62,642 nt of DNA, taken from positions 1-62,642 of the IMG/VR virus record IMGVR_UViG_3300049782_000072, one strand, 5' to 3'. This document shows, in pieces, positions 27,034 to 37,268 of this stretch; position 1 is the first letter of the stretch, and each line of letters begins with the position of its first letter. The notes under the pieces are model-generated. The model ran no database searches and was not told the DNA's origin. It saw only the letters and a program-made list of their open reading frames with translations. The translations under genes and the position numbers were made by a program. This DNA comes from a virus (Duplodnaviria; Caudoviricetes).

Positions 27034-30000
27034 CAGGGCCTCCTCCCGCCACGGCCAGCAGCCATCACCAGGCGATCCCGCTCTATAACCACCTGCTGCG
27101 CCTCACCCCGCACCCGGCCCAGGAACTCGCCCGAGTCGAGGTAGAGGTCGCCCTCGAACTTGGCCGGGCCGCTGGAGCTGCCGCGCGCCGCCAGCGAGGT
27201 GAGTGCGCTGGCCTGGGCTGTGGTGAACACCGGCTCGGGCCGGCCGGTGCCGTTGTAGGCGAGGTTGAGCCCGGGCTGGAGGTAGCCGCCCGAGTCGTAC
27301 TTGCCCGGCATGAATCCGTACCAGCTGTTGAACAGCCGGTCCTTGTAGCCGCGGGCCCGAGAACCGACGACGACGCCGTCACCACCGCGCGACTCGACGT
27401 TGACCTTGCCGAGAGTTCCCGCGGTGTGGCCGACACCGGCATTCGTGATGCCGACCTTGAACGCGGAATTGCCGTGGTAGACCCACCCGGGCGGCGCGGT
27501 CTTGCCGTGGAACGCCATCGTCGCCCAGCGCCGGTGCGGCTTCTGGCCGCGGATGACGGACTCGATGGCCGACATGAACCCGGAGCAGTCCCAGGACGGG
27601 TCGCCGTTGCCGGCCCACTGGTACGGCTTGCCGTGCTGGGTCTTCGCCCACTTCAGCGCTGCGGCGATTCGCGGGCCGCCGATGCCGCCGGCACCCCGCT
27701 TGTCGGCCTCCTTCGAGTAGCCGAACATGGCGTCGATGATTCGCGTGGGGATACGGCGGATCATCGATCCGAAGCCGGTGTCCATGCCGGGGAAGTTCCG
27801 CAGCAGCGGGTCGACGACGTTCTTGACGCCGGCGCGGGCCGACGCTTCGAGGGTGTCGTTGAGCCAGGAGGCTCCCTTCTTGACGAAGTTCCAGGCCTCC
27901 GATCCTGCGCCGACCGCGGCGCTCGCCGTCTTCTTGATCCATCCGAAGATGCCGCCGTCGGCGAACCGCTGCACCACGCCGCCGCCCGCGTAGCGCAGGG
28001 ACGTGTCGGTCGGAGTATTCGGGTTGCCACCGAGGACAGGCGCCAGGGCCGCCTTGACGCCTTGGGCGCCCCGGGATCGGGCGATGCGGTTGAAGTAGCC
28101 GACGAAGCCGGAGCCGACCGCGCGGGTGAACTCGGGTCGCATGATGGCTTCGCCACCGGACAGCTCCAGCTGCCCGCCGGTCGGTGAGACGAAGCGGTGC
28201 ACGTCTCGGCCCGGGGTGTAGCCGGGCATGATGCCGCCTTGCGCGAACGTGTACTTCGGCAGCTTCGGCGCCCCGAAGGCGCTCGCGACCTTGTTCCAGA
28301 CGCCGCGGATGCCGTTGTTGTAGACGACGTCCACCACGTACTGGACGGGCTCACGCGCCACCCCTTTCAGCTTGTCCCAAGCGATCTTGATGGCCTTGCG
28401 TGCCGACTCGAAGGAATCACCGACCGTCTTGACCGCGGACTTGATCGCGTTGAAGGCGGGGCGCAGGCCCTTGGTCCAGGCGACGGTGGCCACGGACACG
28501 ATGCCGTCCCAAACGGGCTTCAGTGCGTTCTTCCACAGCCAAGTGCCCTGCTGGCCGACCGCTCGCATGCCCTCCCGGATGGCCCTGAAGATGGGGCGCA
28601 GGGCGTTCTCCCACAGCCACTTGGCACCGGACTGGATGCTGGACCACGCGGGCTTGATCGCGTTATTCCACAGCCACTTCGCCTTGTCGCCGATCCACTG
28701 GAAGGCGGGCTTGAAGGCGTTCGTCCATAGCCACATGGCGATCGCGCCGATCGCCTCGAACGCCGGCCTGATCGCGTTGGACCACAGCCACCTGGCGATG
28801 GCGCCCACGATCTTGATCGCCGCGACGATCGGCAGCAGCGCCAGAGTGACGAGCGCCGTGAGCAGGACCCTCCCGGCCAGGACGATGAAGTCGAACGCCG
28901 GCTTGATGGCGTTCGACCACAGCCACATCGCCCAGCGCCCGACCGTCTGGAGCCCACCCCAGATAGCGGTGAAGGCGGGTCTCAACCCGTTGTTCCACAG
29001 CCACATCGCGGCGGTCTGAATCGCCGACCAGACGGCCTGCACCGCGGTGCGGAACCACTCGAACCGGCGGTACATGTACAGCACGGCGAGGACCACGGCT
29101 CCGATGGCGAGGACGATCCACCCCCACGGGCCGGCCTTGGAGATGAGCTGGAAGGCGACCGTCGCCCCATTCGCGACGAACATCGCGGCGGCCCACAGGC
29201 GGGTCACCACGAACAGGCCCCACATCGCGATGACCAGCTCGGGGACGTTCGTGGCCAGGGAGCTGATGCCCTGCGCCATGGCGCCGAGCGTGGCGAGCAG
29301 CGGACCCGAGACGGGCTCCAGGGCCTGGCCGATGTCGATGAATGCCACGGCGATCTTGCCGAAGGTGTCGGCGAGCAGCGGGGCATGCTCCGAGGAGTAC
29401 GCCAGGAACCGCTCGAACGCAGGGCTGCCCCTCAGGCTGGTGCCCCAGTCCGCGAAGCGCTTCGTGATCCGCTGCATGCGCTCCGAGATGGAGTCCATGT
29501 GCGGGAAGAAGGCCTGCAGCACCCCGGCCATGCCCTTGAAGGTGTTACCGAAGGCGACACCGAGCCCGATGATCGCGGGCCGCATGGCACCCCGCAGGTC
29601 CTTCTTGAAGGACTGCCACCAGGGCGACTTGAAACCGGCCGAGGCCCGGTCCTGCAGACTCTTAATGGCGCTCGCGGCTTCCAGCACGAACGGCGTCAGC
29701 CCCGGCAGGCTGTTCTTCAGCCCCACCAAGGCCCGCGTGAAGATCGGCATCACGGCCGGCTGAAGCGACTTCGACCAGTCCGAAAACGCGGACTTCAGGT
29801 CAAGGAATGCGTCGAACGTCTCCCGTGCCGCAGGGGTGAGCTTGGCCAGCTCAGCCCGGTACTTCGCCTGCGCGATGGCAGCCTGATCCACGCCCCCGGC
29901 CGCCGAAAGCGACGCGGAGGCGATCTGGCGCTGAGCCGATGCGATCGAATCGGCGGCTGACTGCTGCGCCTCGGCTAGCTGTTCCTGGGCGCGGGCCACC

Positions 30001-31559
30001 GACCGGGCCCCGTCCTCCTGGGTGCGCGCGACGTTCCGCTGAGCCTCCGCCACCTCACGCTGGGCCTCGACCTGCTGACGGGCCGCATCCTGCCGCGCCT
30101 GCGCGAGCTCCCGCTGCTGGTCCGCGACCGCCTCGTCGGCCTGCCGCAGACGCTCCTGGGCGTCCTGCACCGTCTTGGAGCCCTCGACGCCGGCCTTGTC
30201 TGCCGCCTTCTTCTGCTGCGTCAGACTCTTCGTCTCGGCCTGCTGCTCCTTGAGCCGCTGCACGGCCTGGTCGTAGGCGAGCTGCGCCCGCTGCTGCTCC
30301 AGCAGCGACGCCTTCGATCCTGCCGCCTGCACCTGGCGCAGCCGGTTGCGTGCCTCCTCGACAGAGAGCACCGCGTCCCGCTCGGACAGCTGGGCGTTGG
30401 CGAGGCGGGTCTCCAGGTCTTCGAGTTCCTGCGCGGCGTCGCGGCGGGCCTGGTTCAGGTCCAGCTGGGCCTGTCGGGCGTCACGCTGCGCGTCCGCCAG
30501 CGACTCCTCGGCGCGGCTCACCTGCTCCGCGGCCTGCCGCTGCCGGTCCGCCGCCTGCTGCACCGCGTCGGCGAGCTGCTGCTTCGCCCGGCGGTTCGCC
30601 TCCGAAGCGGAACGCACCGCGTCCGCCACGCCCTGCTCCGCCTGTCGGATCTGCCGGGCGGCGTTGCGGTGCGCGGACGCCAGGGACTGCTGGGCCGACG
30701 CCATCTGCAGAGCCCGCTGGGCGCCCTGCGACGCCGCCTGCCCGCCCCTGAGGGCCGCGTTCGTGGAGGCGTCCTGGGCGGCCTTCTGGGCCTGCATGAC
30801 CTTGCCCATCTGGACGAAGGCCGGCACGGCGACGAGTGCGATGCCGCCGATGCCGACGGCTGCGGCCGTGGCCGCCGCGGCAATCGCGCCCAGCCCGGCC
30901 GCGACCACAGGCAGGGCCGGAATGATCGCGGGGCCGAACATGATGGCGGCGGAGGTGAGCATCCGCATGTTCGCTGCCGCGGAGCGAGTGTCGACGTCGA
31001 CGGTGGCCGTCTGTCCGTCCAGCCGATTCACCTGCGCCTGGATCGCGGCCAGCGTGGTGGCCGCACTGGCCGCGTCCACGCGGATCGCCACGTCCGCGTC
31101 GGACGCGGACAGCCGCTGGAGGCGCTGCTGCAGGTGGTTGATGACAGCGACCGCATCGGCGGAGCTGATATCGATCCCGATCCGGGAGTCCTGCAGGGTC
31201 TGCAGCTGCCGCCGGATGTTGTAGATCTCCCGCTGGGCGTCCGTGCTGTTGGCGTGCAGCCGGACCTCGGGCAGGTTCCGAAGAGCGGCTTCCAGTGTCG
31301 TGCGCAGCGAGCGGGCGAACGTGCTGCCCGTCGCCTGGCCCTGGCGGGCGGCCGGGGCCTGCGCCGTCCGACCGCCGGCGGTGACGCCGTTGCGGATGGC
31401 CTGCGCCACCTGGGTGGAGACATGCCGACCGATGATGCGGCCGACCTCGTCGCCGACCTGATCCGCGGCAGGGACGAGGCTGCGCTGGAGCTGCCTGCGG
31501 ATTCCGCGAGTGTTGGGGACGACATCGACCTCGACGGAGCCCACGCTGATGGCGGCCAC
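27033..31559 (-). CDS. Tape measure protein with C-terminal NlpC/P60-like peptidoglycan hydrolase
   Basis: 1508 aa, coiled coil, Trp-periodic repeats, PYQWAG...WDCSGF...GHT. Confidence 0.93.
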   Translation of the reverse strand: MAAISVGSVEVDVVPNTRGIRRQLQRSLVPAADQVGDEVGRIIGRHVSTQVAQAIRNGVTAGGRTAQAPAARQGQATGSTFARSLRTTLEAALRNLPEVRLHANSTDAQREIYNIRRQLQTLQDSRIGIDISSADAVAVINHLQQRLQRLSASDADVAIRVDAASAATTLAAIQAQVNRLDGQTATVDVDTRSAAANMRMLTSAAIMFGPAIIPALPVVAAGLGAIAAAATAAAVGIGGIALVAVPAFVQMGKVMQAQKAAQDASTNAALRGGQAASQGAQRALQMASAQQSLASAHRNAARQIRQAEQGVADAVRSASEANRRAKQQLADAVQQAADRQRQAAEQVSRAEESLADAQRDARQAQLDLNQARRDAAQELEDLETRLANAQLSERDAVLSVEEARNRLRQVQAAGSKASLLEQQRAQLAYDQAVQRLKEQQAETKSLTQQKKAADKAGVEGSKTVQDAQERLRQADEAVADQQRELAQARQDAARQQVEAQREVAEAQRNVARTQEDGARSVARAQEQLAEAQQSAADSIASAQRQIASASLSAAGGVDQAAIAQAKYRAELAKLTPAARETFDAFLDLKSAFSDWSKSLQPAVMPIFTRALVGLKNSLPGLTPFVLEAASAIKSLQDRASAGFKSPWWQSFKKDLRGAMRPAIIGLGVAFGNTFKGMAGVLQAFFPHMDSISERMQRITKRFADWGTSLRGSPAFERFLAYSSEHAPLLADTFGKIAVAFIDIGQALEPVSGPLLATLGAMAQGISSLATNVPELVIAMWGLFVVTRLWAAAMFVANGATVAFQLISKAGPWGWIVLAIGAVVLAVLYMYRRFEWFRTAVQAVWSAIQTAAMWLWNNGLRPAFTAIWGGLQTVGRWAMWLWSNAIKPAFDFIVLAGRVLLTALVTLALLPIVAAIKIVGAIARWLWSNAIRPAFEAIGAIAMWLWTNAFKPAFQWIGDKAKWLWNNAIKPAWSSIQSGAKWLWENALRPIFRAIREGMRAVGQQGTWLWKNALKPVWDGIVSVATVAWTKGLRPAFNAIKSAVKTVGDSFESARKAIKIAWDKLKGVAREPVQYVVDVVYNNGIRGVWNKVASAFGAPKLPKYTFAQGGIMPGYTPGRDVHRFVSPTGGQLELSGGEAIMRPEFTRAVGSGFVGYFNRIARSRGAQGVKAALAPVLGGNPNTPTDTSLRYAGGGVVQRFADGGIFGWIKKTASAAVGAGSEAWNFVKKGASWLNDTLEASARAGVKNVVDPLLRNFPGMDTGFGSMIRRIPTRIIDAMFGYSKEADKRGAGGIGGPRIAAALKWAKTQHGKPYQWAGNGDPSWDCSGFMSAIESVIRGQKPHRRWATMAFHGKTAPPGWVYHGNSAFKVGITNAGVGHTAGTLGKVNVESRGGDGVVVGSRARGYKDRLFNSWYGFMPGKYDSGGYLQPGLNLAYNGTGRPEPVFTTAQASALTSLAARGSSSGPAKFEGDLYLDSGEFLGRVRGEAQQVVIERDRLVMAAGRGGRRP

Positions 31560-31577
31560 GGCACCTCCCCCGTGGCG

Positions 31578-32023
31578 CTACGCGGCGCCCCCCTGGATGA
31601 GTTTGAGCAGCGTGTTCGCGCTCTTCTCGGTCAGCTTCGGCTTGGCCTTGCGTGGCTTCGCGCCGGGCCTGCGGATCGGCTCTGGCGGGTCCGGGCGCTT
31701 CGACTTCTGCTCGATGTTCACGCAGAGCAGCACCCACTCCAGGCGGGCCACCCGGTCGGCGACGACAGCTACAAGCTGCTCCAGCTGAGACCAGCGCGCC
31801 TTCTCCGGCTCGCCGTGCTCCGCCTGCTTGGCGAGTTCCTCGGCCGGGGTGTCGTTCCGCATCGCTGTCATCGTGCGAGAGTGAGGCGGCAGGCCCTCGA
31901 TGAGGATGCGCAGACGTCGCCAGGACAGCCGCCCTCGGTGAAGATCCAGCAGATCCACTTTGGGCAGCAGGTCGTCCTCTAGCTCCTCCGCGTACCGCTC
32001 CCAGACCTGGAACGTCCACTGGA
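31578..32023 (-). CDS. Tail assembly chaperone, frameshifted C-terminal part (gpT-like)
   Basis: Open -1 frame after the slippery site; DLLDLHRGRLSWRRLRILIEGLP. Confidence 0.8.
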
Positions 32024-32329
32024 CTTTCCCAGGGCCTCGCCGCTGACCCGGCTGACGTCGGCGACGAACTTGCCGAAGCCGTCCATGGTCGGGTCGAGTT
32101 CCTCGAAGATCTCGAAGTCGTCCGGGTGGAGGTTGGTCTCCATGAACGTGTCGACGTCGCCGGAGTTGAGGGCGCGGATCGTCGAGGCGCGCCACCTTCC
32201 GGCGGGTACGCAGCGGACGTCCTTGGTGACCCCGTCGTGCCCGGCGAGGGGCACGGTGACGTACTCCTGCTCACCGGCCTCCGCCTCCTGGGCGCGGGCG
32301 GCTTCGATCTGGTCCTTGGTGGCGGGCAT
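31979..32329 (-). CDS. Tail assembly chaperone (gpG-like)
   Basis: Between major tail and tape measure; ends ...GEALGKSS. Confidence 0.85.
   Translation of the reverse strand: MPATKDQIEAARAQEAEAGEQEYVTVPLAGHDGVTKDVRCVPAGRWRASTIRALNSGDVDTFMETNLHPDDFEIFEELDPTMDGFGKFVADVSRVSGEALGKSSGRSRSGSGTRRS
32024..32030 (-). other. Programmed -1 frameshift heptamer GGGAAAG
   Basis: Identical to the lambda G/GT slippery sequence, at the Gly-Lys codons. Confidence 0.85.
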
Positions 32330-32416
32330 GGCGCGGGCCTCCTTCGTTCATGGCGCGGGCAGGGATGAAAGGTGGACGGGCCGGGCCCGCGCCAGGGTGG
32401 CGACCCGTCCACCAGC

Positions 32417-33004
32417 TCAGGACCCGGTGTACGCCTCGGTCTCCGGGACGCGGTCGAAGTGGTAGACCGTGTTGCCGGCGGTGTCCGGGTAGGCGGTGAT
32501 CGTCCACTCGAAGCCAGCGATCTCGTCCTGCTTGTGGGTCACGTCAGACCGCTCGGTGATCTCGCCCTCGGGCACGTAGAAGCCGCGCTGGAAGTTGTCG
32601 CCGTCGAGGACGACGAACCAGAACGCGCGGCGGTCCGGGGTGGGGCTGGCGGTCTCGGCGAACGTCGTCAGACCCGACGTGGGGGTCAGGTCCGCGCTGT
32701 CGATGCGGTACTGCAGCGACTGCACCGTGGTGCGGCCGGTCTCCCACACCGTCAGCCCGAACGTGCGCAGAGAGCTGGTGATGGTGGTGCGGATCGGGGC
32801 GGTGTAGCCCCACGGAGTGAAGGACTGGGTGTCCTCCTCGAAGCCCTGCACCAGGCCGTCGTCGCTGATGGCGCCCAGCGGCAGCCACGGCGACAGGGGC
32901 TGCACCGCCGGGTCGCCAGGCGAGGTGGTGCCCAAGGGGGCGACCCAGCCGCCGCCGTTCGCGCCGACTTCCAGAAGGTCCGCCGCGCGGGTGATCGAAA
33001 CCAT
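32417..33004 (-). CDS. Major tail tube protein
   Basis: APLGT..P...LGAISDDG...TITAYPD; position. Confidence 0.88.
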   Translation of the reverse strand: MVSITRAADLLEVGANGGGWVAPLGTTSPGDPAVQPLSPWLPLGAISDDGLVQGFEEDTQSFTPWGYTAPIRTTITSSLRTFGLTVWETGRTTVQSLQYRIDSADLTPTSGLTTFAETASPTPDRRAFWFVVLDGDNFQRGFYVPEGEITERSDVTHKQDEIAGFEWTITAYPDTAGNTVYHFDRVPETEAYTGS

Positions 33005-33078
33005 GAAGGGTCTCCAGACATGCGAAGACCCCGCGGCAGGCGGGGTCGGATTACAGGGTCCGGCGCGGGCCCAGCCGG

Positions 33079-33480
33079 TCAGGAGACCGGGTGACTGTAG
33101 ATCTCGTAGACCGCCCCGACGCGTCGCAGGGCGGTGTTCTCGTAGGGGCGGACACCCGGAGCGCTGATCGTGCCCACCCGGCTGAACACGGCCGCCTCAG
33201 TCGAGGCGCCGCGCAGCTCGCCGAGCAGCAGCCCGCGGATCTTCGCTGACAGGGCGATCGCCTCGGCGCGCGTCGCGGCGTACACGTCGATGTCGATGAA
33301 GGCCCGGTCGAGGCGGATGCCGTCATCGCCGCCCGACGGGATCCGCTGGACCTGCACTGTGGGCAGCTCGTCGAGGAGGTTGTTGTCCGTCTCGTCCCGC
33401 ACGACGACGCTCGGATCGAGGCGGGCGCGCAGCCACACGATGACCTCCAGCTCGACGTCGACCGAGCCGACGGCGGCCAT
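33079..33480 (-). CDS. Tail terminator
   Basis: P.VQVQRI..GG...IDIDVYA; position. Confidence 0.78.
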   Translation of the reverse strand: MAAVGSVDVELEVIVWLRARLDPSVVVRDETDNNLLDELPTVQVQRIPSGGDDGIRLDRAFIDIDVYAATRAEAIALSAKIRGLLLGELRGASTEAAVFSRVGTISAPGVRPYENTALRRVGAVYEIYSHPVS

Positions 33481-33806
33481 CAGTCGCCGCCCGAGGCCGC
33501 GGCCCGCAGCAGGACGTGGTGGGCCGGCACCCGTTCGGTGCCGTACTCCACCCAGCGGGCGTAGTACGTCGGGTTCCGCACGTAGGCGACGGCCCGGTCT
33601 CGGCGACGGCCGCCGCGCCGTGTGCTGCTCACTTCCCAGGCGCCCTTGTACTGGCCTGGGTGCTCATCGCCCGCGCCGCCAACCGGAGAGATCGCCACCG
33701 CTGTCGCCTTGATGTTCTTGGCGCGGCGCACAAGATCCGCCCGGATCATCTCCGACCGGAGCAGCTGGCCCACACCCTTCCGCTTCATCTTGAACCGTGC
33801 CGCCAT
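33480..33806 (-). CDS. HK97 gp10-like neck protein
   Basis: YARWVEYGT motif. Confidence 0.8.
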   Translation of the reverse strand: MAARFKMKRKGVGQLLRSEMIRADLVRRAKNIKATAVAISPVGGAGDEHPGQYKGAWEVSSTRRGGRRRDRAVAYVRNPTYYARWVEYGTERVPAHHVLLRAAASGGD

Positions 33807-33814
33807 GGCACCTC

Positions 33815-34186
33815 CTAGCCGGTCACCCGGTCCGCAGCGAACTGCACGACGCCACGGAGCCCGGTGAAGGGGTTGCGACCCCAGTCGCCGGGCTCGCCTG
33901 TGATCTCGCAGGTGACGCCCCGGATGCGGGCCTTGTCGGTGGTGCGCAGCGGCATCTTCGGATGATCGGGCGGGGCGTACACGGTCCAGCCGACGATGAC
34001 GGTGTCCCGGCCCTGCTGCTCCGAGCCGCCCACCGTCGGCGTCTGCTCCCGTGGCGCCACCACGCAGCCCGGCAAGTCGAACGACTCGTCCGGGCCCGGC
34101 AGCGGCTGGCCGCGGGGATCACGCCCGGGTGAGGGGCCGGAGCGCAGGATCCGCACCGTCTCCCCGAACGGATAGGGGGCAGGCAC
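33815..34186 (-). CDS. Head-tail joining (stopper) protein
   Basis: GETV.ILR...EITGEPGDW..PF; position. Confidence 0.75.
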   Translation of the reverse strand: MPAPYPFGETVRILRSGPSPGRDPRGQPLPGPDESFDLPGCVVAPREQTPTVGGSEQQGRDTVIVGWTVYAPPDHPKMPLRTTDKARIRGVTCEITGEPGDWGRNPFTGLRGVVQFAADRVTG

Positions 34187-34603
34187 CTACACCCACCCCC
34201 AGCCCGGCTCGTACTCCAGGGGAGGCCCGTAGCCGTCATCGACCGGGTACGTCGGTGACGGATCCGCTGTGGCCGGGGTCGGGTCGACGGTGAACGCGCC
34301 ACCTCGGCCGGCCGCGCTCTTCAGGGCCGCCTTGTCGGCCCGCGTCAGATACAGGCCGCCCGAGCCGGACGGACGCTGCACCGACATGGGGCCGATCGTC
34401 TCGTAGGACACCTGCTGCGGATTGACGTAGGCCCGGCCGGCGGCCGACAGCACCACGGCGGTGGCCTGGTCCGGCAGCGGCTTCACCACCGTCTCGCACA
34501 GAGCCACAGCCTGCTGGATGAGCAGGTCAGCCCGGGCGCCGTCTATCTCAGGGAGCCCGAGGTACAGGCCGAGCTCCTCCGCTGTCGGTGCCACGAACGC
34601 CAC
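34187..34603 (-). CDS. Head-tail adaptor
   Basis: RAYVNPQ...ETIGP.S...GLYLT. Confidence 0.8.
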   Translation of the reverse strand: MAFVAPTAEELGLYLGLPEIDGARADLLIQQAVALCETVVKPLPDQATAVVLSAAGRAYVNPQQVSYETIGPMSVQRPSGSGGLYLTRADKAALKSAAGRGGAFTVDPTPATADPSPTYPVDDGYGPPLEYEPGWGWV

Positions 34604-34612
34604 GGCGACCTC

Positions 34613-35638
34613 CTAGGCCAGGGCCTCCACGGCGTCGCACCAGGAGGCCAGTTCAGCGGTCGGATCGAGCTCGGCAGACCGGGCCTTGGCCCGCTTGGAG
34701 GCCAGTCGGTACTCGGCGGGCGTGAGGAGCTTGCGCAGCACCGCCTCGTAGCCCGCCACGTCGTTGCGGTCTACGAACACTCCGGCCTCACCGAGTGACT
34801 CGCACAGGCCCGGCGTGGGATGGGCCACGACGGGGATGCCCGAGGCGAGTGCCTCGGCACCCGCCCGGCCCCAGGACTCGTAGGAGGACGGCATCAGCAG
34901 CACCTTCGTGCGGCTGTAGACCTTCTCGCGCATCTCCTCGCCGCGGACGTGGTCGACAACCTCGACGTTCGGCAGATCGGGGAGAACCTGTTCGCCGTAG
35001 GCGCCCTTCACGGCGAGGAACTGCTGATCCGGCATACGGCGCGCCAGGGCCTCCAGGACCTTGCCGCCCTTCTCCGGGTTGCAGTTGACCAGCGTAATCG
35101 CCTTGCCGGGCCGGGTGGCGTACTCGTCTGCGAACACCGGCGGGCGCACGATCAGCTCGGCGCCCGGGCGCACGGCCTTCGGGTACTCGGCGAAGAACAA
35201 CTCCGCCTCCCGCTGCATCCAGCGAGAGTTGTACACGGCCAGGGCCGTGCCGCCCGCCGCAGCGTCCCGGAACGTGGGCCGGTGCGTGTTGTGGCAGACG
35301 ACCACCACCGGCTTGCCGTAGCCGCGGGCCAGGGCCGACGTGGACGGCACGCACTCCAGATGCGAGATGAGCACGTGCGCCTTACGGACTGCCGTGGGGA
35401 AGTCCAGGCGGGCCTCCAGCGGCACCACGCGGATGCCCCGGTAGTCATAGACCTTGCTGGCCTTGCCGTACCGGGACAGCCACACGGACACGTCGTGCCC
35501 ACGCTCCACCAGGGGCCGCAGCATAGAGACGAGCATGTGCTCGGCGCCCGCGTTGTGCTCGGGCGGCATCGCGTGAACGCGGGCCACGATGCTGAGCGGC
35601 GCGGTCCCGCCCGGCGCGGAAGCCGGGACCGCCCCCAT
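34613..35638 (-). CDS. GT-B (family 4-like) glycosyltransferase
   Basis: AGAE, H, NS, EKGG and MPSSYESWGRAGAEALASGIPV (EX7E) motifs; TGATG-coupled to the capsid gene. Confidence 0.9.
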   Translation of the reverse strand: MGAVPASAPGGTAPLSIVARVHAMPPEHNAGAEHMLVSMLRPLVERGHDVSVWLSRYGKASKVYDYRGIRVVPLEARLDFPTAVRKAHVLISHLECVPSTSALARGYGKPVVVVCHNTHRPTFRDAAAGGTALAVYNSRWMQREAELFFAEYPKAVRPGAELIVRPPVFADEYATRPGKAITLVNCNPEKGGKVLEALARRMPDQQFLAVKGAYGEQVLPDLPNVEVVDHVRGEEMREKVYSRTKVLLMPSSYESWGRAGAEALASGIPVVAHPTPGLCESLGEAGVFVDRNDVAGYEAVLRKLLTPAEYRLASKRAKARSAELDPTAELASWCDAVEALA

Positions 35639-36597
35639 CAGGAACCGCTCGGCGTGCCGGTGAACTTGACGAACGCTTCGGCGTCGCCCAGGACGAAGCC
35701 GTAGTACGCCTCGGCCAGCAGCAGCACCAGGTTCTCCTGGAACGCCGAGTGGACGCCGCCGTCCTCGTCGATGTACGTCGCCTCGCGGGACAGACGGATG
35801 CTGATCTCCATGCCCACGCCGTAGGCGGCCTGCGAGAAGTCGCCGCCGATCGCGCGCAGCCCTGAGTCGACCGAGGTGGACTGGCGGCGCAGCTTGCCGG
35901 AGACGCTGCGGGAGTAGGCGATCGGCTCGCCGATCAGCTCGCCCTGCAGTGCAGCCCCGGTGCCGGCGCCCGGCTGGCGGGTCGCCACGAACAGCGGCTC
36001 GCCCGTGGTGGACGTGGCGGCCAGCAGCTTCGGCTTCAGGCGGTTGTCGGCGACGGTGCCGGTGTAGTCCCAGTCGTCGTCGATGATCTCCTCCATGCCG
36101 GAGACGAAGTCGCCCCAGATGCCGCCCTGGTTCTGGGCTGTCGTGCCGAGCGAGACGGCCTTGGAGGTGGCGGCCAGGTAGTCGGCGAAGGGGCCGGTGC
36201 CGCCCTTCATGTTCTTGCCGTGGATCGTGGCCATGTCGAAGGCCCGGGCGAACGCGGTGGGCAGGTCGCGCTGCAGCTGCGTCCACAGCCCGGCCGCGTT
36301 GGAGTTCGCGACCTCCATCGACACCGGGATGAGGACGGCGATCTTCTTGCCGCTCATCTGCTTGACCTCGACGCCGCCCGAGCTGAGCGGCTTACGGCCA
36401 CCCTCGGACACCCAGTCCGCCATCGGCACGTCCAGCGGCACCGGCACCGCGGTGTTCGCCGTCATCGACAGCGGCACCCGGCGGGCCAGCGACATGACGG
36501 CGCTGCCCTCGACGGACTTCTCGAAGATGGGGCCGACCAGCGTCTCCGGCAGGAAGATCGGGTCGATGGTGGACAGCTTGATGGGATTCGTCGCCAT
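35638..36597 (-). CDS. Major capsid protein (HK97 fold)
   Basis: ADWVSEG..KP, KKIAVLIPVS.E, GDFS, FQEN; follows the scaffold. Confidence 0.92.
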   Translation of the reverse strand: MATNPIKLSTIDPIFLPETLVGPIFEKSVEGSAVMSLARRVPLSMTANTAVPVPLDVPMADWVSEGGRKPLSSGGVEVKQMSGKKIAVLIPVSMEVANSNAAGLWTQLQRDLPTAFARAFDMATIHGKNMKGGTGPFADYLAATSKAVSLGTTAQNQGGIWGDFVSGMEEIIDDDWDYTGTVADNRLKPKLLAATSTTGEPLFVATRQPGAGTGAALQGELIGEPIAYSRSVSGKLRRQSTSVDSGLRAIGGDFSQAAYGVGMEISIRLSREATYIDEDGGVHSAFQENLVLLLAEAYYGFVLGDAEAFVKFTGTPSGS

Positions 36598-36612
36598 CGG
36601 GGGCTACCTCTC

Positions 36613-37209
36613 TCAGTGGCCCCGTGCGAGGCCCTGGCTCATGAAGTCGGCGAACACAGCCGCCGGATCGTTGGGGGTTCGGTTGCCGTTGCCCGAGGAG
36701 CCCTGCGTGCGGTCCGCCTTCGGCGCCCGCGGCGAGGTATCGGCCGGCTTGGCGAGATGCGGCTTGCGCTTCAGCAGGTCCTTCAGGTCCTGCTGGATCG
36801 CAGCCGTGTCGACGTCGCCGTCGTCGTCCACGTAGGAGTTGAGGTCGAGGAACGCGTGCGCGTCCTCCGGGTCGGCGAACTCGGCAGCCGCCAGGGCCTT
36901 CACCTCGGAGCGCACGGCCCGCTGCCGGAAGGACTGGATGCGCTGCTCGGCAGCGGTGAGCTGCTCGGTGAGCCGCTCCTGCTCCGTCTTCTGCGCGTCC
37001 TGAAGCTCCTGCGCCTTCTGCGCCAGAGGCTTGGTCTCCTGGTACTTCGTGCGCCAGCCGGCAGACTCCTTGCGCAGCTTCTCGATCTCCTTGCGCGCCG
37101 CCTCGGGGTCCGCCCACGGATCCGCCTTCGCCTGCGCCGCCTCCGGGGCGGTCGCGGTCTCCTGCGGCTCCGTCTCGACCTGTTCGGTCGTCTCCTCGTT
37201 CTCGGGCAT
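36613..37209 (-). CDS. Capsid scaffolding protein
   Basis: Acidic coiled coil, IEKLRKE.A..R; upstream of the capsid gene. Confidence 0.85.
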   Translation of the reverse strand: MPENEETTEQVETEPQETATAPEAAQAKADPWADPEAARKEIEKLRKESAGWRTKYQETKPLAQKAQELQDAQKTEQERLTEQLTAAEQRIQSFRQRAVRSEVKALAAAEFADPEDAHAFLDLNSYVDDDGDVDTAAIQQDLKDLLKRKPHLAKPADTSPRAPKADRTQGSSGNGNRTPNDPAAVFADFMSQGLARGH

Positions 37210-37268
37210 GGTGAAGTCGCCCTCCAGGGGCTGAGAGAGGCCGCCACCAGGACGGCCGTAAGGGTTGG

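Noticed and set aside
24088-27144. 1018-aa plus-strand ORF, and similar ones at 39570-41354, 43789-45783 and 48425-49708
   Set aside because: These are antisense shadows of real minus-strand genes in high-GC DNA, with no recognisable motifs
28400-29050. Trp-periodic repeats in the tape measure gene
   Set aside because: These are ordinary tape measure repeats
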